From a virus, in IMG/VR virus record IMGVR_UViG_3300042691_032761: 64,000 bases of DNA; one strand, 5' to 3'. The notes under the pieces were generated by a model. That model ran no database searches and was not told the origin of the DNA. It worked only from the letters and a program-made list of their open reading frames with translations. The translations under genes and the position numbers were made by a program. Positions 35,961 to 44,652 of the stretch are shown here, one piece after another. Every line of letters begins with the position of its first letter. Position 1 is the stretch's first letter.

Positions 35961-36880
35961 ATGATGGAATTTATTCTATAAATAAATCTACTATTGAAAG
36001 TTTTCTGTTTACAAGAAACAGTAAGCCAGACGGAGCTATTGGTTCTAATGGCACTTATTATTGGTCTATTCCAGAAAAAGCTAAATATATAGAAATAGAA
36101 GCTGTTGCTTCTGGTGGGGGCGGAGGTGGCGGTAGAAGAGGAGCTGCCGGAACCATAAGAGGCGGCGGTGCTGGTGGGGCAACAGGAGGAAGAACAAGAT
36201 ATAATTTTCCAGTATCAGATATAGCAAATTTTGCTACATCAAAAATGTTAGTAATATCTGTTGGCGCTGGCGGAGGTGGTGGTGCGGCTGTTACAACAGA
36301 TGACACAAATGGAAATCCTGGATCAATAGGTAACCCATCTTCTGTTAGACTCTTACAAAATGCTAATTTTTTTCTAGCATACGCTTGGCAAACAACAGCA
36401 TCTACTGGTGGAACTTCTTCTGCTGGAGGAACTGGTGGAAGTCCCGCTTGGGTATCTATGTACCCTGGCGTGGTAGGAGGTGCTGGTTCTAACGGAACCT
36501 CTGCAGCAGGAAGTAACGGTGGCACAGTTGCTCAAAATCCAGGCGCGGGCGGAGGAGGAGTAAACGCATCTAATACAGCAACTGCTGGAGCAACAGCGTA
36601 TGGAACAGAAATTGCGAGAACCGCACCAACAGCCTTGAATCCCGCTGGAGGAAATAATACTGGAGGGAATGGAACAAATGGAACAACAGCAATACCGGGT
36701 GGATATGGTATGGGTGGTGGCGGCGGAGGAGGAAACCCTTCTGGCGCTGGCGGAAGCGGAGGAAACGGAGGTTTTCCGGGTGGAGGCGGAGGCGGCGGCG
36801 GCGGAGGCTTAAATGGTTTTACTGGTGGGGCCGGAGGCAACGGGGCCGATGGCATGGTTCGCATTTATGTGTGGTATTAA
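35957..36880 (+). CDS. glycine-rich fibre-tip/receptor-binding protein
   Basis: GGGGGG runs and C-terminal GGxGADGMVRI motif. Confidence 0.7.
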   Translation: MNDGIYSINKSTIESFLFTRNSKPDGAIGSNGTYYWSIPEKAKYIEIEAVASGGGGGGGRRGAAGTIRGGGAGGATGGRTRYNFPVSDIANFATSKMLVISVGAGGGGGAAVTTDDTNGNPGSIGNPSSVRLLQNANFFLAYAWQTTASTGGTSSAGGTGGSPAWVSMYPGVVGGAGSNGTSAAGSNGGTVAQNPGAGGGGVNASNTATAGATAYGTEIARTAPTALNPAGGNNTGGNGTNGTTAIPGGYGMGGGGGGGNPSGAGGSGGNGGFPGGGGGGGGGGLNGFTGGAGGNGADGMVRIYVWY

Positions 36881-37293
36881 TTATGGGAAATAATCAAAAT
36901 TCATGGGCATTAATTCGTCCAGACGGCTTAGTTGAAACTTTTTTAAGAATAGACTTACCAGAAAATTGGGAACCGCCAGAAGGATACAGCGTTCTTCCTG
37001 ACGATGAACTTCCCGAAAATTGGCAAAAATTTGTTGAACCAAACATTGTGCCACAGAGCATATCTGCTAGACAGATTAGATTATGGTTGATTAAAAATGG
37101 TTTTAGTTTATCAGATATTGAAATAGCTATTAATAGTATCCAAGATCAAGCTGTAAGAGATATGACTTTAGTGGAATGGGAATACGCCCCATATGTTGAA
37201 AGAAATCATCCTATGGTTTCAGCAATTGCTAATGCTCTTGGCTTAAACAATGAACAAATTGATACATCTTTTATAGAAGCCTCTCGGCTTTGA
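36871..37293 (+). CDS. fibre assembly chaperone-like protein
   Basis: VPQSISARQIRLWL...EWEYA...LGLxxEQID...F pattern. Confidence 0.6.
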   Translation: MVLIMGNNQNSWALIRPDGLVETFLRIDLPENWEPPEGYSVLPDDELPENWQKFVEPNIVPQSISARQIRLWLIKNGFSLSDIEIAINSIQDQAVRDMTLVEWEYAPYVERNHPMVSAIANALGLNNEQIDTSFIEASRL

Positions 37294-37390
37294 TTAATAA
37301 ATAATTAAAAAAAATAGTATAAGCATATTAAACTCTCAACCAGCACAAACTATTGCAAATGATTTAAAGAATTCTACAAAACAAATCTTT

Positions 37391-37651
37391 ATGATGATAA
37401 AGAACGCTTTTAATGCTGGGTCCATAAATTTTTGGAATAATCCTAAAGCAACTCCAACCCAAATTGCGGACGCACTCGGAACAGATGCCAAAGAAGTATT
37501 TGAATTACACTATGCTCTTGGTCAATTAATTGGTTCAGTAAAACCACAAGTAATATCATCAGGATTAAGTTTAATTGGTCAATTTACAATGAACGAAGAT
37601 GGCACTGTTACTATTACTGAACAAATTCCAGGCCCTTCTGGACCACCATAA
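37391..37651 (+). CDS. hypothetical protein
   Basis: ORF in the operon; true start may be upstream. Confidence 0.55.
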   Translation: MMIKNAFNAGSINFWNNPKATPTQIADALGTDAKEVFELHYALGQLIGSVKPQVISSGLSLIGQFTMNEDGTVTITEQIPGPSGPP

Positions 37652-37704
37652 ACACTATTGGGTGTATTCAATAATATTGAAATTTCTTTCAGAAAGGCCA
37701 TATT

Positions 37705-38229
37705 ATGTCATGGAATCTAGAACTACCAATTATAGTACGAACTTTAATTAATGATTGGTCAGACAATCCAACATACTCTGATGAAAGAATAGTACAAGTA
37801 TTAACTGTAGCAGCTAAATATGTTCAATTTGATGTAGTTTTAGATCATACATATGAAGTTGATGTGACTAATAATACCATTTCTCCTGATCCAACGGAAG
37901 ATGGTGATAAGGATGAAATTTTTGTTAGTTTACTTGCTCTTAAAGCAGCATGTATTATAGATCAAAGCACATTCAGAACAAAAGCCACTATGGAGGGGTT
38001 GAGAGCATCTCTTGGTCCAGCAGCATTTTCTGTTGGAGGAAGTTTGGCTGGATGGAAAGAAATTTTAGAAAAAGGACCATGCGCTTTGTATAATGACTTT
38101 GTTGAGCACTGGGATGTTGCAAATGCTTCTTCTGTTAAAGCTATACTCAGTCCATTTGCTGGAAATAAATTTGATCCAAGCATCCTTGGTATGTATTCGA
38201 GTCAAAGAGGTAGAACATTTTTCTCCTAA
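37705..38229 (+). CDS. head-tail adaptor (neck) protein
   Basis: VRTLIND...YSDERI pattern; position. Confidence 0.55.
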   Translation: MSWNLELPIIVRTLINDWSDNPTYSDERIVQVLTVAAKYVQFDVVLDHTYEVDVTNNTISPDPTEDGDKDEIFVSLLALKAACIIDQSTFRTKATMEGLRASLGPAAFSVGGSLAGWKEILEKGPCALYNDFVEHWDVANASSVKAILSPFAGNKFDPSILGMYSSQRGRTFFS

Positions 38230-38243
38230 TTAGGTAATAAATT

Positions 38244-38681
38244 ATGTCAGCAGCAGAATACAATTTTAACTTAGATAAAGGATCTATTTTTTATATATCT
38301 TTTTCTTATCTAGATGATTCAAGCCAAATCATTAACTTAACAAATTGGCTTGGAAGATTCAGCTTTACACCTGTTGATGGATCGTTTGTTAATACAACAA
38401 CAACATATTTTACAGGCAATACTAATGCTAATTATAGTTTCTTAATAGATGAAGATAATGGTAAGTTAATTTTAAGACTACCTTCGTCCACAACTTCTTC
38501 TTTTGATTTTTCTGCCGCTAGATATGATCTTGATCTCAAGGCGCCAAACGAATTATATAGTGGCGCTGGAGACAATATATTTAAACTTGTAAAAGGAACA
38601 ATAACAATTTTACCAGGAAATTCTACTAGTCCGCAAGACTTTCCTATTAGTGAGGAAGAAACCCCTTGTGAGGGCTGCTAA
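38244..38681 (+). CDS. virion structural protein; paralogue of 30221-30628
   Basis: YNFNLDKGS...INLTNW...ARYDLDL. Confidence 0.6.
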   Translation: MSAAEYNFNLDKGSIFYISFSYLDDSSQIINLTNWLGRFSFTPVDGSFVNTTTTYFTGNTNANYSFLIDEDNGKLILRLPSSTTSSFDFSAARYDLDLKAPNELYSGAGDNIFKLVKGTITILPGNSTSPQDFPISEEETPCEGC

Positions 38682-38959
38682 TGAGCAATGTAATAGTCAA
38701 CACATCTCAATCATATATAAATGTAACATCATCGGATGTGGATGGAAATTTAATAACTAATACTGTTGTGGCTGACAATATGCCACAAATCCAAATTGTT
38801 GATACCAACTCTCAGTCAATGTCTCGCTTAATAGGAGGATCTGCTCCTCAATCCTCAGTTGATGTTGGTCAACCAGGAGAAATTAGATGGGACAGTAATT
38901 ATTTGTATCTGTGCGTATCTGCAAACAGATGGAAAAAAATAACTTTATTGGAACTATAA
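38681..38959 (+). CDS. short fibre-like protein
   Basis: GQPGEIRWDSNYLYLCV...WKK motif. Confidence 0.55.
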   Translation: MSNVIVNTSQSYINVTSSDVDGNLITNTVVADNMPQIQIVDTNSQSMSRLIGGSAPQSSVDVGQPGEIRWDSNYLYLCVSANRWKKITLLEL

Positions 38960-38960
38960 T

Positions 38961-39482
38961 ATGAATATATTTAATGGATTAATAAATGCAGAATTTAAAA
39001 ATCTGTATAATCAAGCAATAGAGAGTCTGTTGGATTCTACAGCACTATCTGTTGCCTGTAAATTAAAATATAATACCACGGACAGATCATTTTGTACGAA
39101 TTGCGTATATAATCCTATCTTAGAAAAATCATTTAATAAATATAATGGCACTGGTCCAGTGTCTTTTGCTGAAGGTTCAATCTGTCCTGTTTGCGGAGGA
39201 TTTGGTAAGATTATATATGACGCAGAAGAAATAGTTTATCTTGGAGTTATATTTGATAGTAAATATTGGTTAAATTGGGGACCTAAAAATATACAGATTC
39301 CAAATCTCGCCGCTCAAACCCTATGCGCTATTTCTTTGATGCCAAAACTACAAAATGCTACTCAAATGATTGTTGCAGATAATGAATCGTATGATAACAA
39401 TTTATATTCTAAGGCCGGACCACCAATTCCCATGGGACTTGGAGAACACAAGTTTATTCTTACAAACTGGACAAGGCCATGA
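38961..39482 (+). CDS. head-closure/neck protein with Zn-binding Cys pairs
   Basis: CTNC...CPVCGG; position. Confidence 0.5.
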   Translation: MNIFNGLINAEFKNLYNQAIESLLDSTALSVACKLKYNTTDRSFCTNCVYNPILEKSFNKYNGTGPVSFAEGSICPVCGGFGKIIYDAEEIVYLGVIFDSKYWLNWGPKNIQIPNLAAQTLCAISLMPKLQNATQMIVADNESYDNNLYSKAGPPIPMGLGEHKFILTNWTRP

Positions 39483-40129
39483 CATTAAAATTTAGTTTGA
39501 AGCTTATAGAATCTGATACTCAGATTAAAAAAGTTATTTTATCTAGCATAAGAGATATTCTAGACACAGCCCTGTCAAAATCCTTACCGTCAATAAAACA
39601 GCAGTTACAACAAGTTATAATTGATGCAATTAAAAATGAATCAGAATATATGTCATTAAAAAGTGGTCAGCTCAGATATGAATTTGGTATTCCTGACGTG
39701 TCAATTATTGATAAAGTAATAGAAGATATGTGTCAAGGACAAGCAATCAAACTTCCAATAAATATAAATTCTAGAGGAATATCTGGAGGATTAAAATATA
39801 TTGTTATAGATGGTGAAAAAGTATCTCAAACAATAGAAGATCCAAGTAATTTTGTTAGAGATATTAAGGGATATGCTATGCCATGGTTAAAGTGGCTATT
39901 AACACATGGAACAAACACAATAGTTAAAAATTTTGAAGTTCGATTGGGCCCGAATCCCAGGTCAAGAAGTGGTATGGCAATCATGGTTGAGTCATCAGGA
40001 TCACAGTGGTACGTTCCTGCTCAATTTGCTGGAACAACATCAAATAATTGGATAACCAGAGCTATTAATAGGCTTAATGATGACAGTTTTTCTAAAATCA
40101 TTCAAAACAATATTGAGAAAAATATATGA
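39479..40129 (+). CDS. neck/tail completion protein
   Basis: Position; PWLKWLL and NWITRAI motifs. Confidence 0.5.
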   Translation: MTLKFSLKLIESDTQIKKVILSSIRDILDTALSKSLPSIKQQLQQVIIDAIKNESEYMSLKSGQLRYEFGIPDVSIIDKVIEDMCQGQAIKLPININSRGISGGLKYIVIDGEKVSQTIEDPSNFVRDIKGYAMPWLKWLLTHGTNTIVKNFEVRLGPNPRSRSGMAIMVESSGSQWYVPAQFAGTTSNNWITRAINRLNDDSFSKIIQNNIEKNI

Positions 40130-41091
40130 GCTGTAATGAAAATCCATATAAATTACATGGAATAAGTAGTCTTCAAGATAATACCTTAATTCCAACAGTA
40201 GAAGAAAATTTAAAAAGTTTTTTTGATTATGGATTACTCCATATAGGAGGATTCATTAATGTCAATATTCCAACGTCTGGACTTTATAAAACAACTTTTC
40301 ATACTTTAAAACCATCAAAAGATCCTTCGTATGTTGCTAATACCGTGTGGCAAACACCAAAAAAAGATTGGATATGGGAATCTGGAATTTCTTATAATAA
40401 TACTCAACCAATTAATATTAGTGGAATAAAAATAGCAAATACTTTTTATCCAGCACCTAGTGGATCTGGCACAATAGAATTTAGATTAGATTATGAAAAT
40501 GGTCAAGTAATTTTTAATAAAGCAATTAATTCATCGTCTAAAGTTGAAATGAATTATAGTTATAGATGGTGTCAGATTATTAAATCTAATCATAATATGT
40601 GGCAAACTCTTCAAACAATGACATATCAGCCAAATCCTCAAATAAGTCAGGCTGATAAAGGAGATTACTCAATATCAGCATCTCATAGATTACAATTACC
40701 AGCAATAGTTATTGAGACCATACCAAGGAATTCTAATACTCCATACGAATTAGGATCATTAGTTTCATATAGACAACAAGATATATTATGTCATATTTAT
40801 GCTGAAAATATTAATGATTGTAATATTCTAATGGATATACTAAGATTACAAAAAGACAAAACAATATTACTATATGATCTTAAAAAAGTTATAAATAATA
40901 ATTTTTATGGCTTAAATAATAATGGGTCAAAAAATAATAATGGATTAAATTATGGTCAAATTGTAAGCAATCCTAATCTTACATGGAATCGTTTATATAT
41001 AAAAGATGTCAATTTTTTGGATATACAAAAAAATACATCCTCAAGCATGGTTTGGTGTATCACTAGATTAACAGTCGAAGTTATCGTCTAA
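40126..41091 (+). CDS. tail terminator-like protein
   Basis: Directly upstream of the tail tube; LQLPAIVIE motif. Confidence 0.5.
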   Translation: MSCNENPYKLHGISSLQDNTLIPTVEENLKSFFDYGLLHIGGFINVNIPTSGLYKTTFHTLKPSKDPSYVANTVWQTPKKDWIWESGISYNNTQPINISGIKIANTFYPAPSGSGTIEFRLDYENGQVIFNKAINSSSKVEMNYSYRWCQIIKSNHNMWQTLQTMTYQPNPQISQADKGDYSISASHRLQLPAIVIETIPRNSNTPYELGSLVSYRQQDILCHIYAENINDCNILMDILRLQKDKTILLYDLKKVINNNFYGLNNNGSKNNNGLNYGQIVSNPNLTWNRLYIKDVNFLDIQKNTSSSMVWCITRLTVEVIV

Positions 41092-41109
41092 TACAAAAAC
41101 GAGGTTATC

Positions 41110-42171
41110 ATGGCAGCAAATAATCGTATTTTCTATGCCGTTCAAGCAGTAAAAGTTAAACCATGTCGCTCAGTCAATGGCTCATATACCTATGGAAGCG
41201 AATCAATATTAAAAGGTATTCAAAGCGTTGGTATGACCACCAACTTCAATCTAGAGCAAGTTTATCAATTAGGTCAATTAGAACTATATGATAATGTTGA
41301 AGAAGTTCCTGATATTGAAGTAACATTAAATAAAGTATTGGACGGAACAAGACTTGTATATAATCTAGCTTTAGACGGCAACGTAGCTAATAGCAGCGAT
41401 AATCTTACGCTCACAGAAATTTCTGATCGCAGATGTGATGTTGCTTTAGGCATTTGGGACGATACTGCTACTGGCGCTAGCGGAGCAGCAAAATATTATG
41501 TTGTTTGCACAGGTATGTATGTTAGTAGTGTAAGTTATAACTTTACTAGTGATGGTAATTTTACAGAAGATGTGACCTTGGTAGGTAATCATAAAAAGTG
41601 GGGATTAACTGGCGGCGGTGGTATAGGTGGCTTCTCAACAGGTCTTGTTGATAGTGGAGACCAAACCAAGAGAGTATCAAAGAGATGGTCATTTAGTAAA
41701 ACCGATAGTGTTCTACCTAGTGGTAGTGGCGGTATTCCAGGTAGCTTTGCTGCTGGCTCAGGCTTGCATGTAAATAGTGTTACTCTTTCTTGCAATCTAG
41801 GAAGAGAAGCTATTAATGAACTTGGTAAGAGAAGTCCATATTACAGATATATTCAATTCCCAGTAGAAATAACTTCTGAAATTGAAATTACTGCTACTGA
41901 AGGAGATCAGGTTGATGCTGATGACTTTGAGTCAGCAACCGGTTGCAGTGCTGCGTCAAAGAGTAATCTTACAAATAAGTCAATTAAAGTTGCTGTTTGT
42001 GATGCTAATAATGCAGACGGCAGTATCGATTATATGATTGATTTAGGTAGTAAAAATAAACTAACTTCAGTTAATTACACTGGTGGTGACACGGGTGGTG
42101 GAAATGCTACTATAACATATAGCTTCCAAACCTTTAATACCTTTAAGGTTAGTGGCGTAGCCGCCAGCTGA
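41110..42171 (+). CDS. major tail tube protein
   Basis: GIQSVG...EQVYQLGQ and REAINELG duplicated tube-like motifs; GAGG RBS; late motif upstream. Confidence 0.7.
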   Translation: MAANNRIFYAVQAVKVKPCRSVNGSYTYGSESILKGIQSVGMTTNFNLEQVYQLGQLELYDNVEEVPDIEVTLNKVLDGTRLVYNLALDGNVANSSDNLTLTEISDRRCDVALGIWDDTATGASGAAKYYVVCTGMYVSSVSYNFTSDGNFTEDVTLVGNHKKWGLTGGGGIGGFSTGLVDSGDQTKRVSKRWSFSKTDSVLPSGSGGIPGSFAAGSGLHVNSVTLSCNLGREAINELGKRSPYYRYIQFPVEITSEIEITATEGDQVDADDFESATGCSAASKSNLTNKSIKVAVCDANNADGSIDYMIDLGSKNKLTSVNYTGGDTGGGNATITYSFQTFNTFKVSGVAAS

Positions 42172-42206
42172 TTGTAGTTAGTATTCGGAAATAATAGGAG
42201 GACACA

Positions 42207-42356
42207 ATGGACCAAGATCAGATGTTTAATTTAATAGGTAGATTATATACAGACGCTTTTGCGGCACAAAGAGTAATAGAAATGCTGCAAAAAAAATTAC
42301 AAGAAAAAGAAAAGGAACTGATAGAACTAGAAAAAATAGTTAAAAAAGATATTTAG
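42207..42356 (+). CDS. 49-aa coiled-coil protein
   Basis: AGGAGG RBS; MDQDQMFNLIGRLY... Confidence 0.55.
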   Translation: MDQDQMFNLIGRLYTDAFAAQRVIEMLQKKLQEKEKELIELEKIVKKDI

Positions 42357-42361
42357 GATGA

Positions 42362-43381
42362 ATGAATACGGACAATATACAGCTTCTTATTCATAGAATA
42401 AGTCTTGGAAAATTGTATTTTAAACATAAACACAAAGAGTATGTTTATACTAGTCCATCAACAGAGATAAAATATCAAGCAGAATTATTATATCAGCAAG
42501 TATTAGAAGACAACAAATTTGAATCTTGGATGACACAAAAGGATCTTGATAATTTTTTGGACAAAATTGAGATATGGGACGAACAAGATCAACAACTTTT
42601 AAAAACTACTGAAAAAAATCTAGAAAAGCTTAAACTTAGTCTTTATCTTAATAGATTACAAAAAGAAAAAATAACTAAAATTAAAAAAGATATAGAATGG
42701 TCTAAAGAATCTATTAATAAGTTGTTAAAAAGAAAACATAGTTTTGATTATCTAACTTTAGAGGAATATGCATCATTTCAAAAAAATGAATTTATTTTTA
42801 TAAACACTATTTATTACAAAAAAAATAATAAGAAAGTTTTTAAAGGTAATCCAGAATATGAACTATTTATGGCAATAACTTCTTATATCACTAATAATTT
42901 TATTAATATTGAACAATATAAAAAAATTGCCAGAAGTGAATATTGGAAAACATTATGGAATAGCAATAAAAATAATGTTTTTAATAAAGCAGCATATGAA
43001 TTGACAGATGAACAAAAAACTCTTATTAATATAAGTATAATGTATGATAGAATATATGAAAATGTTGAGTGTCCTCCAGACTTTGTTATAGAAGATGATG
43101 ATATGCTGGACGGATGGATGTTGGACCAGAAACAAAAAATGGAAAATTTGAAAAAAGAAAAAACGGGTGACGAACTATTATCTAAACACAAAAATGCAAA
43201 AGAAGTCTTTGTAGTATCAAATAAAGAAGATGCTGAAAATATTTTTAATTTAAATTCTACTGATTCTAGCAGGATTATAAAACAAAGAACAAAAGCAATA
43301 ATTAATTCTAAAGATGGAATAGATGAATGCCAATTGCCTGATGTACAAAGAGAACTTTTAATGAAAGTTAATACAAAATAG
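42362..43381 (+). CDS. tail assembly chaperone-like/hypothetical protein
   Basis: Between tube and TMP; PPDFVIEDDDMLDGW motif. Confidence 0.5.
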   Translation: MNTDNIQLLIHRISLGKLYFKHKHKEYVYTSPSTEIKYQAELLYQQVLEDNKFESWMTQKDLDNFLDKIEIWDEQDQQLLKTTEKNLEKLKLSLYLNRLQKEKITKIKKDIEWSKESINKLLKRKHSFDYLTLEEYASFQKNEFIFINTIYYKKNNKKVFKGNPEYELFMAITSYITNNFINIEQYKKIARSEYWKTLWNSNKNNVFNKAAYELTDEQKTLINISIMYDRIYENVECPPDFVIEDDDMLDGWMLDQKQKMENLKKEKTGDELLSKHKNAKEVFVVSNKEDAENIFNLNSTDSSRIIKQRTKAIINSKDGIDECQLPDVQRELLMKVNTK

Positions 43382-43390
43382 GACTAAAAT

Positions 43391-43711
43391 ATGAATCAAG
43401 AACAAATAATATCACAATTAGCAGTTAAAAGATTAGAAACCACAATGATCGGAGCTTTAGCAAGATTCGAAAATGTTTTTGGATATTTATGGGGACATCA
43501 TAAAAATATAGATGAGCCACTATCAGAATCAGAAATACATTTTGATAATATGTGGCAAGATGTTAGGAATAATATTCTTAATCATGGAAATCAGCAAATA
43601 AGAGCAATAACAGATGATATATCCAGAAATCTAAGAAATGGACCGGATGTAAAATTTAATTACAAATTTAAAGTTAAACCGTTAAACAAGGAGAATGACA
43701 ATGCAAACTAG
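43391..43711 (+). CDS. hypothetical protein
   Basis: 106-aa ORF in the operon. Confidence 0.6.
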   Translation: MNQEQIISQLAVKRLETTMIGALARFENVFGYLWGHHKNIDEPLSESEIHFDNMWQDVRNNILNHGNQQIRAITDDISRNLRNGPDVKFNYKFKVKPLNKENDNAN

Positions 43712-44567
43712 ATCTTTTACTGCTAAAGCCAACGATAAGGACTCTGAATTCCTAGTAAAATCCCCTTCTTTAAATGATCAGAGAGAAGCACAAAAGGTTT
43801 ATAACCAAGCCTTTACTGACGCAATAAAGAGTAAGAGTGTTGTAAGAGCAAAGCTAGATGATCTTCTAAGAGATCAAGGATTATGGAATGATGAAAAACA
43901 GGCCGAATACTCCACTATGCAAAAACAACTATTAGATGGAGAAAGACGATTAGCTAAGGGCGGATTTGGTATTAATGAGGCCAAGCAGTTAGCATTTGAG
44001 ATGCAAGAAATTAGAGATAAAATAAAAGACCTTATTAGTGTTAGAACTAGTTTAGATAATCATAGCGCTGAAGGACAGGCAGATAATGCTAGATTTAACT
44101 ACTTAGTATCTGTGTGCGTGGTGTATAAAGATAGTGGAGAAAAATATTTTTCAAGCTTAGAGGATTATCTAAATAAGTCAACAGATCCTGTTGCTATTAG
44201 TGGTGCTCAAAATTTGGCTAATATGATATATGGCTTGGATAATAATTTTGAAAAAAATCTTCCAGAAAACAAATTTTTATGCAAGTATAAGTTTGTTGAT
44301 GAAAAACTAAGAAGAATAGATAAAAAGGGAAGGCTGATAGATGCTGATGGACGCTTAGTAGATGAAAATGGCAGAATAATAGATGAAAATGGTAATTTTA
44401 TAGATAGAGATGGCAACAGAGTAGACGAAACAGGAGAATATGTTGTTGAATCAAAACCATTTTTGGACGAGGAAGGCAACCCAATATTGCCACCAGACGA
44501 AATTAAGCAACCAGAAAAGCCAGTTGCTATTGCCTCTTCACAGCCAGAGACAAAGCAAGACTCTTGA
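43695..44567 (+). CDS. tail assembly chaperone-like protein with 7-aa DxxG repeats
   Basis: Directly upstream of the TMP; IDKKGRLIDADGRLVDENGRIIDENG. Confidence 0.55.
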   Translation: MTMQTRSFTAKANDKDSEFLVKSPSLNDQREAQKVYNQAFTDAIKSKSVVRAKLDDLLRDQGLWNDEKQAEYSTMQKQLLDGERRLAKGGFGINEAKQLAFEMQEIRDKIKDLISVRTSLDNHSAEGQADNARFNYLVSVCVVYKDSGEKYFSSLEDYLNKSTDPVAISGAQNLANMIYGLDNNFEKNLPENKFLCKYKFVDEKLRRIDKKGRLIDADGRLVDENGRIIDENGNFIDRDGNRVDETGEYVVESKPFLDEEGNPILPPDEIKQPEKPVAIASSQPETKQDS

Positions 44568-44596
44568 TAGTTTTGTAAATTTTGCTTTTTCATTTG

Positions 44597-44638
44597 TAAC
44601 GCCGGTCATCAACAAAGATGATTCGGCGTTATATTTTT
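44597..44638 (+). terminator. hairpin/terminator before the tape measure gene
   Basis: TAACGCCG-GTCATC-AACAAA-GATGAT-T-CGGCGTTA followed by TATTTTT. Confidence 0.55.
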
Positions 44639-44652
44639 AATAGGTAATAAAT

